A stretch of DNA of 63,979 nucleotides, the filler included, from an uncultured Methanosarcinales archaeon (GTDB taxonomy: Archaea > Nanobdellota > Nanobdellia > Woesearchaeales > CAZKBD01), in NCBI GenBank assembly GCA_964550945.1. It is 6 parts of 6 records of this genome, joined end to end, with 100 filler letters (N's around TTAATTAATTAA, not from the genome) between each part and the next. Parts side by side here need not be neighbours in the genome. Positions count along the whole stretch, not along the records: positions 24,671 to 36,665 come from CAZKBD010000057.1; positions 36,766 to 48,300 come from CAZKBD010000058.1; 4 more parts are not named here. One strand, written 5' to 3'. Within the stretch, counting starts at the first letter, position 1. Each line of letters opens with the position of its first letter. Of this stretch, positions 28,419 to 37,226 are shown piece after piece. The position numbers and the translations under genes are program-made. The notes under the pieces were generated by a model. It did no database searches. It was not told where the DNA came from and saw only the letters and a program-made list of their open reading frames with translations.

Positions 28419-30476
28419 TCAGCCCTTGTTAAGCTTTCCCTGGTCAACATCAATTGATGTTGATGGTATGCTCCTATCAGTGACTGAATTCATTGAAAAT
28501 GAGCCGCCTTTATTATCAGTGATAGAAACCTCTTTGATGATCAAGCCAAGCTCTTTTAGCTTGTTAAATTCTATGTCGGGATTATTTAATTTGTCTTTTG
28601 CCAAGATAAAGAAATAATAGTTATAAGTGTCTGAGCCTGGGCTGCAATGAGGGAGATTTGCAGTGATTTTTACTGTTGGATTGCCTGGCAAGATCTCTTT
28701 TTTATCTAAAGGTATTGTTGTTGGATCTGCGCAGCCGTTATAGTACAGGTTATAAAGGTTTAAATCTGATAGCGCGTAGTTTGCAACTAGGTTAGAGGTT
28801 ACCTCAGGCCATGAGAATATAAGATTGTCTTTATCCAGGCGAACATCAAAATTGACAAAAGCGGGCCCTAAATCATCTTCTGATTTTCCTTCAATGAGAG
28901 CAAGTTTTTGATCTTGATCTATATTGTTTATCTCATTACCTGCTTTGTCAACAGCTGTAACAGCAAAATAATAATTTTTGTCTTCTATACTGCTAAGGAT
29001 GTAAAACGCCTCTTTGGAATCTTCAACATAGTACAGCTGATTGTTCTTTATCAGCTTGTTTTCATCAAAAACGCATCTTATCTCTTCTTTATTGTCAATT
29101 TTAACTTTTTTTAATTCACAGCTATCCAAACTGATCGAGCTAAAAGCTAGTAGATTATCTTCATCATATTTAATCTCTTTTTTAGCTATAATTGCGTCTA
29201 AATTTATTGCCTCAATGCTCTTGTCTTTGAAATTGGTTTCTGAATAATAAATGACATATTTATCAACATCTTCTGCAGTGCTTTTTTTCCATTTTAAGAT
29301 CACAGAATGCTCAGCGTTTTTATTATCTTCAACAGAAAGCCCTTCTATTGGTGGTGGGGGTAAGTCCTCGATATACATTGCAAACTTTATTGCAACTGGC
29401 TTTTTTTCGAGTTTCTTCTCAGCTTCATCATAATAAGGGATTTCTTTATTGCCTAAAACGCAAAAACCAAATAACCTCTCGCTATTTATTTGGCCCTTAT
29501 CTGCCTGGGTTATTTCCTGGCATTTGTTTTCTTTCCAGATGCAATTCAAGCTGCAAGGGTCTTGCATGCAATATTTTTCATTTATATACTCTCCACATTT
29601 TGCACTGGCTGGACAATGATCGCACCTATCAAATTTGTATTCTCCCCATAACCCCCATGTCTTGCCAAACCATGCAACATAAGGCAGCTCTCCTTGAACA
29701 AGATTCTTATTTTTGTCCAAACATTCCTTCTCCTCTTTAGGGAATATTGGGCAAAAATTAACTGCCCAGCCTTCAATCTTGCTTGCTTCTTTTTTTACGC
29801 ATGGCAATAAGTCAATTGTATTTGAGCATATCGCATTAATTGTGATTGCCTGCGCTTTTATTAATTCATAGACATCTAAATCGTAATCGACTTGCTGAAC
29901 AAAAGAGGGCTTTACAGCATATTCTGATATTAGCACGCCAATGCCCCTCTCTTCTGGCTTGTAATAAATATATTTGTATAAAGGCAGGGTAGCAAATCCG
30001 CTAATCTTTAGATTGCCTTCAATCAAGAAATCATAATTATCCTCATAAAAACCGCTTTCCCCTGATTCAGAAGCATAGATTTTTGAATATCTGTTGATAT
30101 CCTCTTTTATTAATTTTGAGAAATCATCCTTAATGCCTTTGGGGTAACAGTTTTTTATCTTCTTTTTTCCGTCTGCAATATCAAGGATTTGCCACAAAGT
30201 ATATCCCTTGTAGTTTCCACATTCGGGCTGCCCATAAAACCCTCCTTTTTCTCCTAAGCTGAATAATGATAGGTGTATAGCATATTTTGCTGCCTGGTCT
30301 ATGTAAAAAAGAGCCCCTTCAAGCTGCTGCGAAGCTTCCAGATATTTCAGCTGCAGCTCACCTACATATTTTGGCTGGCCATCAAGATCGGCCAATAATG
30401 AGCTTACATAGAATACAAATAAGCCTGCAAAAAAACTTATTATCAAAAAAATATATAAATTTGCTTTTTTATTCAT
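28419..30476 (-). CDS. Pilin-like protein (class III signal) with Cys-rich and FN3-like domains
   Basis: MNKKA|NLYIFLII; PPPPIEGL..LKW..YVIYY..YYFAVTAVDKAGNE. Confidence 0.75.
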   Translation of the reverse strand: MNKKANLYIFLIISFFAGLFVFYVSSLLADLDGQPKYVGELQLKYLEASQQLEGALFYIDQAAKYAIHLSLFSLGEKGGFYGQPECGNYKGYTLWQILDIADGKKKIKNCYPKGIKDDFSKLIKEDINRYSKIYASESGESGFYEDNYDFLIEGNLKISGFATLPLYKYIYYKPEERGIGVLISEYAVKPSFVQQVDYDLDVYELIKAQAITINAICSNTIDLLPCVKKEASKIEGWAVNFCPIFPKEEKECLDKNKNLVQGELPYVAWFGKTWGLWGEYKFDRCDHCPASAKCGEYINEKYCMQDPCSLNCIWKENKCQEITQADKGQINSERLFGFCVLGNKEIPYYDEAEKKLEKKPVAIKFAMYIEDLPPPPIEGLSVEDNKNAEHSVILKWKKSTAEDVDKYVIYYSETNFKDKSIEAINLDAIIAKKEIKYDEDNLLAFSSISLDSCELKKVKIDNKEEIRCVFDENKLIKNNQLYYVEDSKEAFYILSSIEDKNYYFAVTAVDKAGNEINNIDQDQKLALIEGKSEDDLGPAFVNFDVRLDKDNLIFSWPEVTSNLVANYALSDLNLYNLYYNGCADPTTIPLDKKEILPGNPTVKITANLPHCSPGSDTYNYYFFILAKDKLNNPDIEFNKLKELGLIIKEVSITDNKGGSFSMNSVTDRSIPSTSIDVDQGKLNKG

Positions 30477-30477
30477 A

Positions 30478-30972
30478 TTAACCCCAGGTTGTTCTCAATA
30501 AAAACAGATTTACAGCAATTTTATCCATGTTTATTAAGGGGATCTGGACTTTTGCTATAGGTATCTTAACAGTATCCTTATTTTTCCCGATAGATGTGCT
30601 GCCGCCAAGAGCTTTTGTTTTTCCATTAGGCAAATAAAGCTCTAATCTCCAGTTTTTTGAGCCATAAAGTTCATTAAGGTAATTTTCAGCTTTAGCGTCA
30701 AAATCCCCAAAATCATCATTTAGGTAAGATTCTGCTATCAAATCAGCAATATTTTTATCATCAGCAATAGGTGTTTTCAGGAAGTATAGTAAATTTTGGT
30801 TAGCATCAATGTTTACTTTGGCTTGGGTTATATCCATTTGGACGTCTCTTTTAGCAGCGAAATTGGTTACAGTCAGAATCAAGATGAATACAACAAAAAC
30901 TGCCATCGCCAATAACAAATAAAGAAAGTCGTCTACTGCTACTGCTTTTTTTGATTTGAAAAGCTTATACAT
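30478..30972 (-). CDS. Pilin-like protein (class III signal)
   Basis: KSKKA|VAVDD followed by a hydrophobic helix. Confidence 0.7.
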   Translation of the reverse strand: MYKLFKSKKAVAVDDFLYLLLAMAVFVVFILILTVTNFAAKRDVQMDITQAKVNIDANQNLLYFLKTPIADDKNIADLIAESYLNDDFGDFDAKAENYLNELYGSKNWRLELYLPNGKTKALGGSTSIGKNKDTVKIPIAKVQIPLINMDKIAVNLFLLRTTWG

Positions 30973-31447
30973 CCCACACCTCTATGTAGAGATTTGCCTG
31001 CTGCAATTTATTATCCTTGTATACAAGAACCTTTTTCAGCTCTCTTTCTTGAAATCCAAAATTCTGGCCCCAATTTGGAGTTTTTACTTCTCTTTTGGTG
31101 TTTGCATCTATCTCTAAAGTCAATCTGAAAGCCATAACCTTTTTTTCAGATTCTAATGTTATATTAAAGCAATTTTTCATAATTTTATCTTTATTCTCAT
31201 CGCTGAATTTGCTCCAATCCAGAATTCCGGGATACGCCCTTAGATTATTGTTATACGCAAAACATTCGCCTGAATTAAAGAATCTTTGGATAAAAACATA
31301 TCTTTCCAAGCCTGGAGGTATTTCAGCTGAGTTTGATGAGTATGAGTTGACTATGACTAAAAAAAGGATAAACAAACCAGTAATGAGTATACCAAATATT
31401 ACATAAAATGGCGCTTTATCTGCTGTGATGGTAGCTTTTTTATCCAT
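30965..31447 (-). CDS. Pilin-like protein (class III signal)
   Basis: MDKKA|TITAD followed by a hydrophobic helix; overlaps both neighbours. Confidence 0.7.
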   Translation of the reverse strand: MDKKATITADKAPFYVIFGILITGLFILFLVIVNSYSSNSAEIPPGLERYVFIQRFFNSGECFAYNNNLRAYPGILDWSKFSDENKDKIMKNCFNITLESEKKVMAFRLTLEIDANTKREVKTPNWGQNFGFQERELKKVLVYKDNKLQQANLYIEVWDV

Positions 31448-32408
31448 AATCTTCTAAACCTTTGAAAATAGAGATTCCGATTGAGCTTATTTCAGTTGGA
31501 TCAGCAAGCATATTTTTCTCTTTTTCAACCTGCATATTGCCTGCTTCAATTAAAACTGAGATTTTGCTTGTTCTTTGAGCTGCATCTGGGATTATGGTTG
31601 CTCCATCAATATTCAATTCGCTATTGTTTAGTATCTTATTTAGGATTACGCAGGCTAATTTTTCGCTATAAGGGTTGTTAGAATAGTAAATCTTTAATGT
31701 GTTCTTTTTATGCACATAATTTCCTGCATGAATCGCTATGATCATATCAGCCTTATCTGCCAAATCATCAATCTTGTACTGAGGCAACCTTACTGAATTA
31801 TCCCCAATATTGCCTGCTCTGGAATAATAAATAGTTGCGATTTTTCCCTGCGCTTGTGTAGAAAATGATAAGGCAATAGAGCTGGTTATTGCAGACTCGT
31901 CAATGCTGTTGACATTTAATCCAGTACTATCGCCATGGCCTGCATCAATCAATATACTCTTGGGAATTGCTTTTTTTTCTGGGTTAGGGCATTTGAGCTT
32001 GTTTGGTTCAGGCAGCTTGTCTGTATTAATTTCGATATCTCCTGCTTTTCCAAAAACAACAACTTCAGGATTTTTTAGCTCTAGATCCAAGCCTTTTTCG
32101 CCAATCCTGACAAAACTGTACTCTACTGCTAAAGGGTCTCCTATTGACTTAGACACCTTGATGTTGTCATTTTTGTAAGATAATAGAAATTTTGAGATGT
32201 CTGTAGGATACATTATGTATCCATTCCCGCTTCTGGAATAGAGGCTGTTGATCAATACTGAGTGGTCTCTGGCAATAAACGCTTTTTGGAATATCTCACC
32301 GCTGCCATAAGCTTTGCCTGCCTGAAGAAATAAGAAGAACACCAAGCTTGCGACAACTAATTCTACCAAGACCATTACAGTAAGGTCCACATTGCCTCTT
32401 TTTTTCAT
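31440..32408 (-). CDS. Pilin-like protein fused to an N-acetylmuramoyl-L-alanine amidase (Amidase_3)-like domain
   Basis: MKKRG|NVDL plus TM; ILIDAGHG (H158), E171, ADMIIAIHA (H227), SVLIEAGN (E288). Confidence 0.82.
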   Translation of the reverse strand: MKKRGNVDLTVMVLVELVVASLVFFLFLQAGKAYGSGEIFQKAFIARDHSVLINSLYSRSGNGYIMYPTDISKFLLSYKNDNIKVSKSIGDPLAVEYSFVRIGEKGLDLELKNPEVVVFGKAGDIEINTDKLPEPNKLKCPNPEKKAIPKSILIDAGHGDSTGLNVNSIDESAITSSIALSFSTQAQGKIATIYYSRAGNIGDNSVRLPQYKIDDLADKADMIIAIHAGNYVHKKNTLKIYYSNNPYSEKLACVILNKILNNSELNIDGATIIPDAAQRTSKISVLIEAGNMQVEKEKNMLADPTEISSIGISIFKGLEDYG

Positions 32409-32448
32409 TAGGTAAATATATTAGAGAATTAGTATATATGCTTTTTGC

Positions 32449-33501
32449 TTAGGCCTGCTGCATGCAATAATTATCCTTGATATCTTTAGCTATTTTAATT
32501 ACTGCGTTTTTTTCATATTCATGCGGTTTTCCATCACAGCTGTATATTTTGTCAGGGGCGCTTTCAATATTCTCGTAATTATCGTCTTTTTTCATCTGCA
32601 GTGTTAATACGCTGTCATCTCCATGCTTGACTTTAAAGCCTGTTGAAGGAAAATCCAGCATAAATTCATTTTTGCAGTCAACATTTTTTATGCAGTCGCC
32701 AAAATTAGCTATAAAAGCATTGAATATCTCGATGGATTTTTCTTTGTTTTTTTCTTCTATTTCCTGGTCAATCTCTTTTTTCGTTATATCTGACAGGCAA
32801 GGAGAGTTTAGGCAGATTATAACCTTTCCTTGATAGTTTTCCAAGTAAATCCCTCTTGTTCTATCTGAATTTAAGTATTGAGGATACTCTGTTGATCTTT
32901 TAGCTATGCCTCTTTCCAAAACAAAGCCATGAGAGCAGCTAAACTCATCATTTGGCTTTTCTTCAAGATCGCATTGGAAGTTTATATCTGCATCCACATC
33001 TGCGCAGTAAAATTTAGACTCTTCTTCTGGCTTATAGTATATCTGCAAGCTTTTGTACACTTCTTTATCTAAATCATCATCCCTGCCGCCTAATCCTGCC
33101 TCAGTTGTTGAATCAATTTTTCCGTATTTGTCAAATTTTGGCTTTGTGACTAAACACACGCAAGATTTAGATTTATCTTTTATACATGCTGGAAAATCGC
33201 TTCTTCTAAATATGAATATGACCTGGCCAGCAGGATAAGGCAGCCGATATCTGCTGACAGAATAATCATCATTGCTTGAAAAGCCAACTATTGCCGTATC
33301 TTGGTCCATACTCAAAGATAGGCTTCTAATTTCGCCGCTTACTTTCATCTCATCAATAAGATTTGTTAATTTGTTATAATCATCATAGCCCTTATCACCC
33401 AGCCTAAAGAGCTTGCTTCCTATATAGAAAGCGCTGCCTATGAATACAATCGCTATTATCAGCCTGATCAGAAACTCCAGCATAATTGCTTTTTTGTTCA
33501 T
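32449..33501 (-). CDS. Pilin-like protein (class III signal), Cys-containing
   Basis: MNKKA|IMLEFLIRLIIAIV. Confidence 0.75.
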   Translation of the reverse strand: MNKKAIMLEFLIRLIIAIVFIGSAFYIGSKLFRLGDKGYDDYNKLTNLIDEMKVSGEIRSLSLSMDQDTAIVGFSSNDDYSVSRYRLPYPAGQVIFIFRRSDFPACIKDKSKSCVCLVTKPKFDKYGKIDSTTEAGLGGRDDDLDKEVYKSLQIYYKPEEESKFYCADVDADINFQCDLEEKPNDEFSCSHGFVLERGIAKRSTEYPQYLNSDRTRGIYLENYQGKVIICLNSPCLSDITKKEIDQEIEEKNKEKSIEIFNAFIANFGDCIKNVDCKNEFMLDFPSTGFKVKHGDDSVLTLQMKKDDNYENIESAPDKIYSCDGKPHEYEKNAVIKIAKDIKDNYCMQQA

Positions 33502-33502
33502 A

Positions 33503-33766
33503 TTACTTCTTTTTCATTTTATTGTCGCATTGATCTTTTAATGTTGTGCATGGTGGCTCTTGATCAATGTCACAAGGGCATTTATCAAACATATTAGCAA
33601 CATCATCCCCATCAAAATCACCTAGGGCGCTAATCTTCTTGTCTAATTCGCTGCCTTCTTTTCTAAACATGCCTGTGAACACTGCTATAAGTATTATTGC
33701 AGCAGTTATCAGAATAAGGGCTATTATTATCACATTCATCGGCAGTTCAGTAGCTTTTTTATTCAT
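33503..33766 (-). CDS. Small pilin-like protein with TSP type-3-like Ca-binding motif
   Basis: MNKKA|TELPMNVIIIALILI; DFDGDDVANMFDKCP. Confidence 0.8.
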   Translation of the reverse strand: MNKKATELPMNVIIIALILITAAIILIAVFTGMFRKEGSELDKKISALGDFDGDDVANMFDKCPCDIDQEPPCTTLKDQCDNKMKKK

Positions 33767-33777
33767 TTTGTATCACC

Positions 33778-34971
33778 TCATGAACATTCTTGGACAGCTC
33801 CAGATAATCCCAGCCAGTCGCTGTCAAACGACCATAGTGATTTATTGTCTTTGTTTACTAAAAATAATGCATCGTGGATCTTTATTGCGCCGCTAATATC
33901 TTGAATAGGGTATTGCGAATAAATGTTATAAGGATCTATTAAGAAAATTCCTGGAGAAAGGTCATTATAGCCATCAAAAAAGGCATCTAAGTCGTCTTGA
34001 TTACCTATGCTCACCATAGGATAAGCGCTGACTTGGTCTTCCTTAACTTGGGTAGTTTGATAATAAAGGGCTACCTGCCCATTTTCTCTAAAAACAACAT
34101 AATAATCCCTTTCAAGCTTGTTTGTATCAAATCTGAATGTTTTTTTACAAAGGCTTGTTCCAAGATTTGTTCCTTTAATAAAACTCAAAAGCCTGTCAAA
34201 TTCAGAAATCGCTTCTTTATGTGGATCTTCATTTTCTTTTCCGCATAAAGGCAATCCAAGCAGCCTGTTTTTTTGGTACAATTCCCAAATGAAATCATCG
34301 TCGAGCCCATACCCATTATAATTGATGACATCGTTGGTTGTAAAAAAGCACAAATGAATTATATCCCTGTTATAGATAAGGCTGATCTCCTGCTCTCCAT
34401 CTTTTACTTTTAATCCATTATCCTCTAAACTGTAATCTTCTTTATCATCAGCTTTTAAGTCATAAACATTGGAAATAACAATCTTATCAACAGCTTTGAA
34501 GTCTGTCAGCTCGTTATTTTTGCTGCCATCCAAATAATTATCATAAAAAAGTTTTGCGCCGTCACCTGCAACTATGCAAGGAATTTTATTTGGCACAACC
34601 TTGCTGTCATACTCTGCTCCCTGGTCATCCAATACCCTAAATAGGATATCGTCGCCTTGCTTTTCTATAGCTATGCTGAATTTGCCATTAATGGCTTCTA
34701 ATTCAGGATATACCAGAAGACACTGGTCATTGCCTGGATTTTCAAACACATTAACAAGGGCTGTGAAATTATCGCTGACTTGCTTTGAAAAAGATGGCTC
34801 TGGCTCTTTATACTCTGAGTCTTTTATAAGCCAATGCCCTAGGTCTTTAATAGGCTCTGTAACTTGATTAAGCCATCCTTTTGGAGCAAAGAAAGCAAGC
34901 ATGGCCAAGAATCCTATAAGTATAAAAAGAATCGCTACTAATTTTTCAATTGGGAATGTTCCTTTTTTCAT
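33778..34971 (-). CDS. Pilin-like protein (class III signal)
   Basis: MKKG|TFPIEKLVAILFILI (E at +5). Confidence 0.75.
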   Translation of the reverse strand: MKKGTFPIEKLVAILFILIGFLAMLAFFAPKGWLNQVTEPIKDLGHWLIKDSEYKEPEPSFSKQVSDNFTALVNVFENPGNDQCLLVYPELEAINGKFSIAIEKQGDDILFRVLDDQGAEYDSKVVPNKIPCIVAGDGAKLFYDNYLDGSKNNELTDFKAVDKIVISNVYDLKADDKEDYSLEDNGLKVKDGEQEISLIYNRDIIHLCFFTTNDVINYNGYGLDDDFIWELYQKNRLLGLPLCGKENEDPHKEAISEFDRLLSFIKGTNLGTSLCKKTFRFDTNKLERDYYVVFRENGQVALYYQTTQVKEDQVSAYPMVSIGNQDDLDAFFDGYNDLSPGIFLIDPYNIYSQYPIQDISGAIKIHDALFLVNKDNKSLWSFDSDWLGLSGAVQECS

Positions 34972-34979
34972 TTGTTAAG

Positions 34980-35007
34980 ATACCCCGCCCCTTGGGGCGA
35001 TTGGGAT
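34980..35007. repeat. GC-rich hairpin inside the pilin operon (possible IS200/IS605-like palindrome)
   Basis: ATACCC-CGCCCC-TT-GGGGCG-ATTGGGAT. Confidence 0.4.
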
Positions 35008-35009
35008 TT

Positions 35010-35153
35010 TTATTTCCACCTAAAAAAATCACGTATTATATTTGCCGCATCTTCCCTTAATCCTGTAAACCAGATAATAACCCAGACTAAGAGTATTAAC
35101 AGTAATAAAATCCCTGCCAGCTGAGCAAAAGTCCAGTCTGCTTTCTTGTTCAT
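35010..35153 (-). CDS. Minimal 47-aa pilin-like peptide (not in the ORF track)
   Basis: MNKKA|DWTFAQLAGILLLLILLVWVIIWFTGLREDAANIIRDFFRWK*; 2 nt after the upstream stop. Confidence 0.75.
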   Translation of the reverse strand: MNKKADWTFAQLAGILLLLILLVWVIIWFTGLREDAANIIRDFFRWK

Positions 35154-35155
35154 TT

Positions 35156-36319
35156 TCATTGAATATCCAGCTCCATTACACATTTGTCTGACACTGCATT
35201 AAGAGGAGAGATTAGGACTACATTGATGTCTTTGTTTTCAGTTAGATAGGTTGCACCTGTAACTGCCCCACCTATAAAACCCGCTCCGGCTATTCCTAGC
35301 GCTATTGGTATTGTACAAAGGCCTGAAGTAGCTATTAGGCATACTCCCACCGCTGCGCCGCCTGCTCCAATAAGCCCTCCAACTGGAGCGCCCTTTGTTA
35401 GGCTATCCCACCCATAATTTGGATCAGGACTGATAAGACTGATTGAGTAAGTCTCTTCCTGAGCTTTGAATTCTGTTCCAGGAGTGTATAAAACAGCTCC
35501 TTTTCCATCATCATTATAGTTTTGAACATAACCAAAATAACTGTAAAAATGCTCTTGCTTAATGCAGCAGCTTTCTCCTTTAACAGCGCATTTCCAGCCA
35601 TCATATTTTATTGAATACTCTTCTGGGCTCTTTTCTTTGCATGTGCTGCTGCCTAGAGCTATACAAGCGCCACCTTTATTGCTGCATTTATCATTTCTTT
35701 TTGTGGATATGCAGCATTTTTTTGGCTTTTCGCATTTGTTTGAGCTTACTTCTTTGGCAGAAATTTGCGATCCTTCGCTAAGCTTGCTGCAGTCATCAGC
35801 GCAAAAGCCCCCTCCAACTGCTGCGCAATTATTGCTTCCATCTTTTACTTTGTAAGCAGTTTCTCGCATGTATTGGGCTAAGTCTGCGCCTGTAAAACTA
35901 TCAATTCCTTTTTTTATATTGAAAGAATAACAGTTAAAACAAGGCTCTTTTCCTCCCGGCAATATCTGCCTAAACATATTTCTTTCTGCTCCTTCCAGCC
36001 ACATCCACCAGCATCTTGCAGTCATATCGCTAATCTCAGCCATTGCTCCCTGCTTAGTTTGAGGATAGTCCTCGCCTGGAACTTCCTTTTCAATGTTCCT
36101 GCATGTTCTTGGTGCTATTTCTTTGAAATGCACACCAGTGGCTTGCTGCTCCTTATCCTTGCCCCACAGCCTTATTGCATTAAATCCGTAACATAGAGCT
36201 TCTGCACTTGCGTCATTCGCTTTTGAAAAAAAGATTTTCCACAGCCCGAGTATAAGAAATCCTGAAATGATCAGTATTGCAATACCAATGAGCATAGCCA
36301 TTTGCGCTTTTTTTTTCAT
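35156..36319 (-). CDS. Pilin-like protein with two defensin-like six-Cys modules and a C-terminal Gly-rich hydrophobic segment
   Basis: MKKKA|QMAML; C..GGFC..C..C..CC twice; GGLIGAGGAAVG..GAGFIGGAVTG. Confidence 0.75.
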   Translation of the reverse strand: MKKKAQMAMLIGIAILIISGFLILGLWKIFFSKANDASAEALCYGFNAIRLWGKDKEQQATGVHFKEIAPRTCRNIEKEVPGEDYPQTKQGAMAEISDMTARCWWMWLEGAERNMFRQILPGGKEPCFNCYSFNIKKGIDSFTGADLAQYMRETAYKVKDGSNNCAAVGGGFCADDCSKLSEGSQISAKEVSSNKCEKPKKCCISTKRNDKCSNKGGACIALGSSTCKEKSPEEYSIKYDGWKCAVKGESCCIKQEHFYSYFGYVQNYNDDGKGAVLYTPGTEFKAQEETYSISLISPDPNYGWDSLTKGAPVGGLIGAGGAAVGVCLIATSGLCTIPIALGIAGAGFIGGAVTGATYLTENKDINVVLISPLNAVSDKCVMELDIQ

Positions 36320-36441
36320 GGAAGCAACACTTTTTTAGCGTTTATCACAATTAATATCAAAATTCCGGCTAATGCGACTATTAAAAATATTTTCAAAAAC
36401 CATTCTGGTACAAGGTTAGATTCACTTTCCTCATCAGCCAT
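36316..36441 (-). CDS. 41-aa single-TM protein heading the pilin operon (not in the ORF track)
   Basis: MADEESESNLVPEWFLKIFLIVALAGILILIVINAKKVLLP*; ATGA overlap with the next gene; TTTATATA upstream. Confidence 0.7.
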   Translation of the reverse strand: MADEESESNLVPEWFLKIFLIVALAGILILIVINAKKVLLP

Positions 36442-36514
36442 ATCAAATAATTTTTTAGATTAGAGCATATATAAATCTTTTGAATTTATTTTTTTAGTAT
36501 TATTAACTTAAGAA

Positions 36515-36664
36515 CTACGTATCTTCCAAAATCTTGACGCAGCAATACTGGGGTGATTTGCAGTTGGTGTTGATCACTTCTGTCTCATACGCATCATTAC
36601 AGCTGCTCTTGCATTCACCGCCCCTAACTTTACAGTCTGCAATGCCAATGCCCCAAAAACAGCG
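36515..36664 (-). CDS. 3' end of a Cys-rich (defensin-like module) protein, truncated by the contig end
   Basis: ..IADCKVRGGECKSSCNDAYETEVINTNCKSPQYCCVKILEDT*. Confidence 0.7.
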   Translation of the reverse strand, partial: RCFWGIGIADCKVRGGECKSSCNDAYETEVINTNCKSPQYCCVKILEDT

Positions 36665-36665
36665 C

Positions 36666-36765
36666 NNNNNNNNNNNNNNNNNNNNNNNNNNNNNNNNNNN
36701 NNNNNNNNNTTAATTAATTAANNNNNNNNNNNNNNNNNNNNNNNNNNNNNNNNNNNNNNNNNNNN
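36666..36765. other. Contig linker (assembly artefact)
   Basis: N run with TTAATTAATTAA. Confidence 0.99.
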
Positions 36766-37020
36766 TAGGCTTGGTGGTCCTTTACACCACCAACAACCTA
36801 ATCAGCCGCCAACTCATCCATAGGCGTTGCCTTTGAGAGAAAATTCTTTCCAGAAATATTCTCTTATCCAGTATTATCCTCAGTTTCCCAAGGTTATCCT
36901 GAACCTAAGGGCAGATTATTGACGTGTTACTGAGCAATTCGCCGGGAACCGAAGCTCCCAAAACTTGCATGGCTTAGTCGAACTCTAATAGCAGCAATCT
37001 CCCGCAGGATCAACGGGAAT
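36766..37020 (-). rRNA. rrs: 16S rRNA, 5' ~255 nt (partial)
   Basis: Reverse strand ATTCCCGTTGATCCTGCGGGAG..CTAAGCCATGCAAGT..GCTCAGTAACACGT..GGGAAACTGAGGATAATAC. Confidence 0.97.
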
Positions 37021-37225
37021 TATTGGAAATTGAGATTTCCAATCTAAAATTTTTACCTGGTCGCAATTAAGGAATTGTCTACCAAACTATCTCGTACTTG
37101 ACAATAATGTCAAGTATTCATTAAGCACCATCAGATTCTTCTATATGTATATTAGAATGGGATATCTAAAATATAGAATATTGGAGGCGATATAGTAAAT
37201 GAGTAATCTTCACTGGTATTTAAAT
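37021..37225 (-). promoter_or_regulatory. rRNA promoter and structured leader
   Basis: TTTAAATA at ~37217-37224; hairpins TTGGAAAT/ATTTCCAA and TACTTGACA/TGTCAAGTA. Confidence 0.6.
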
Positions 37226-37226
37226 C

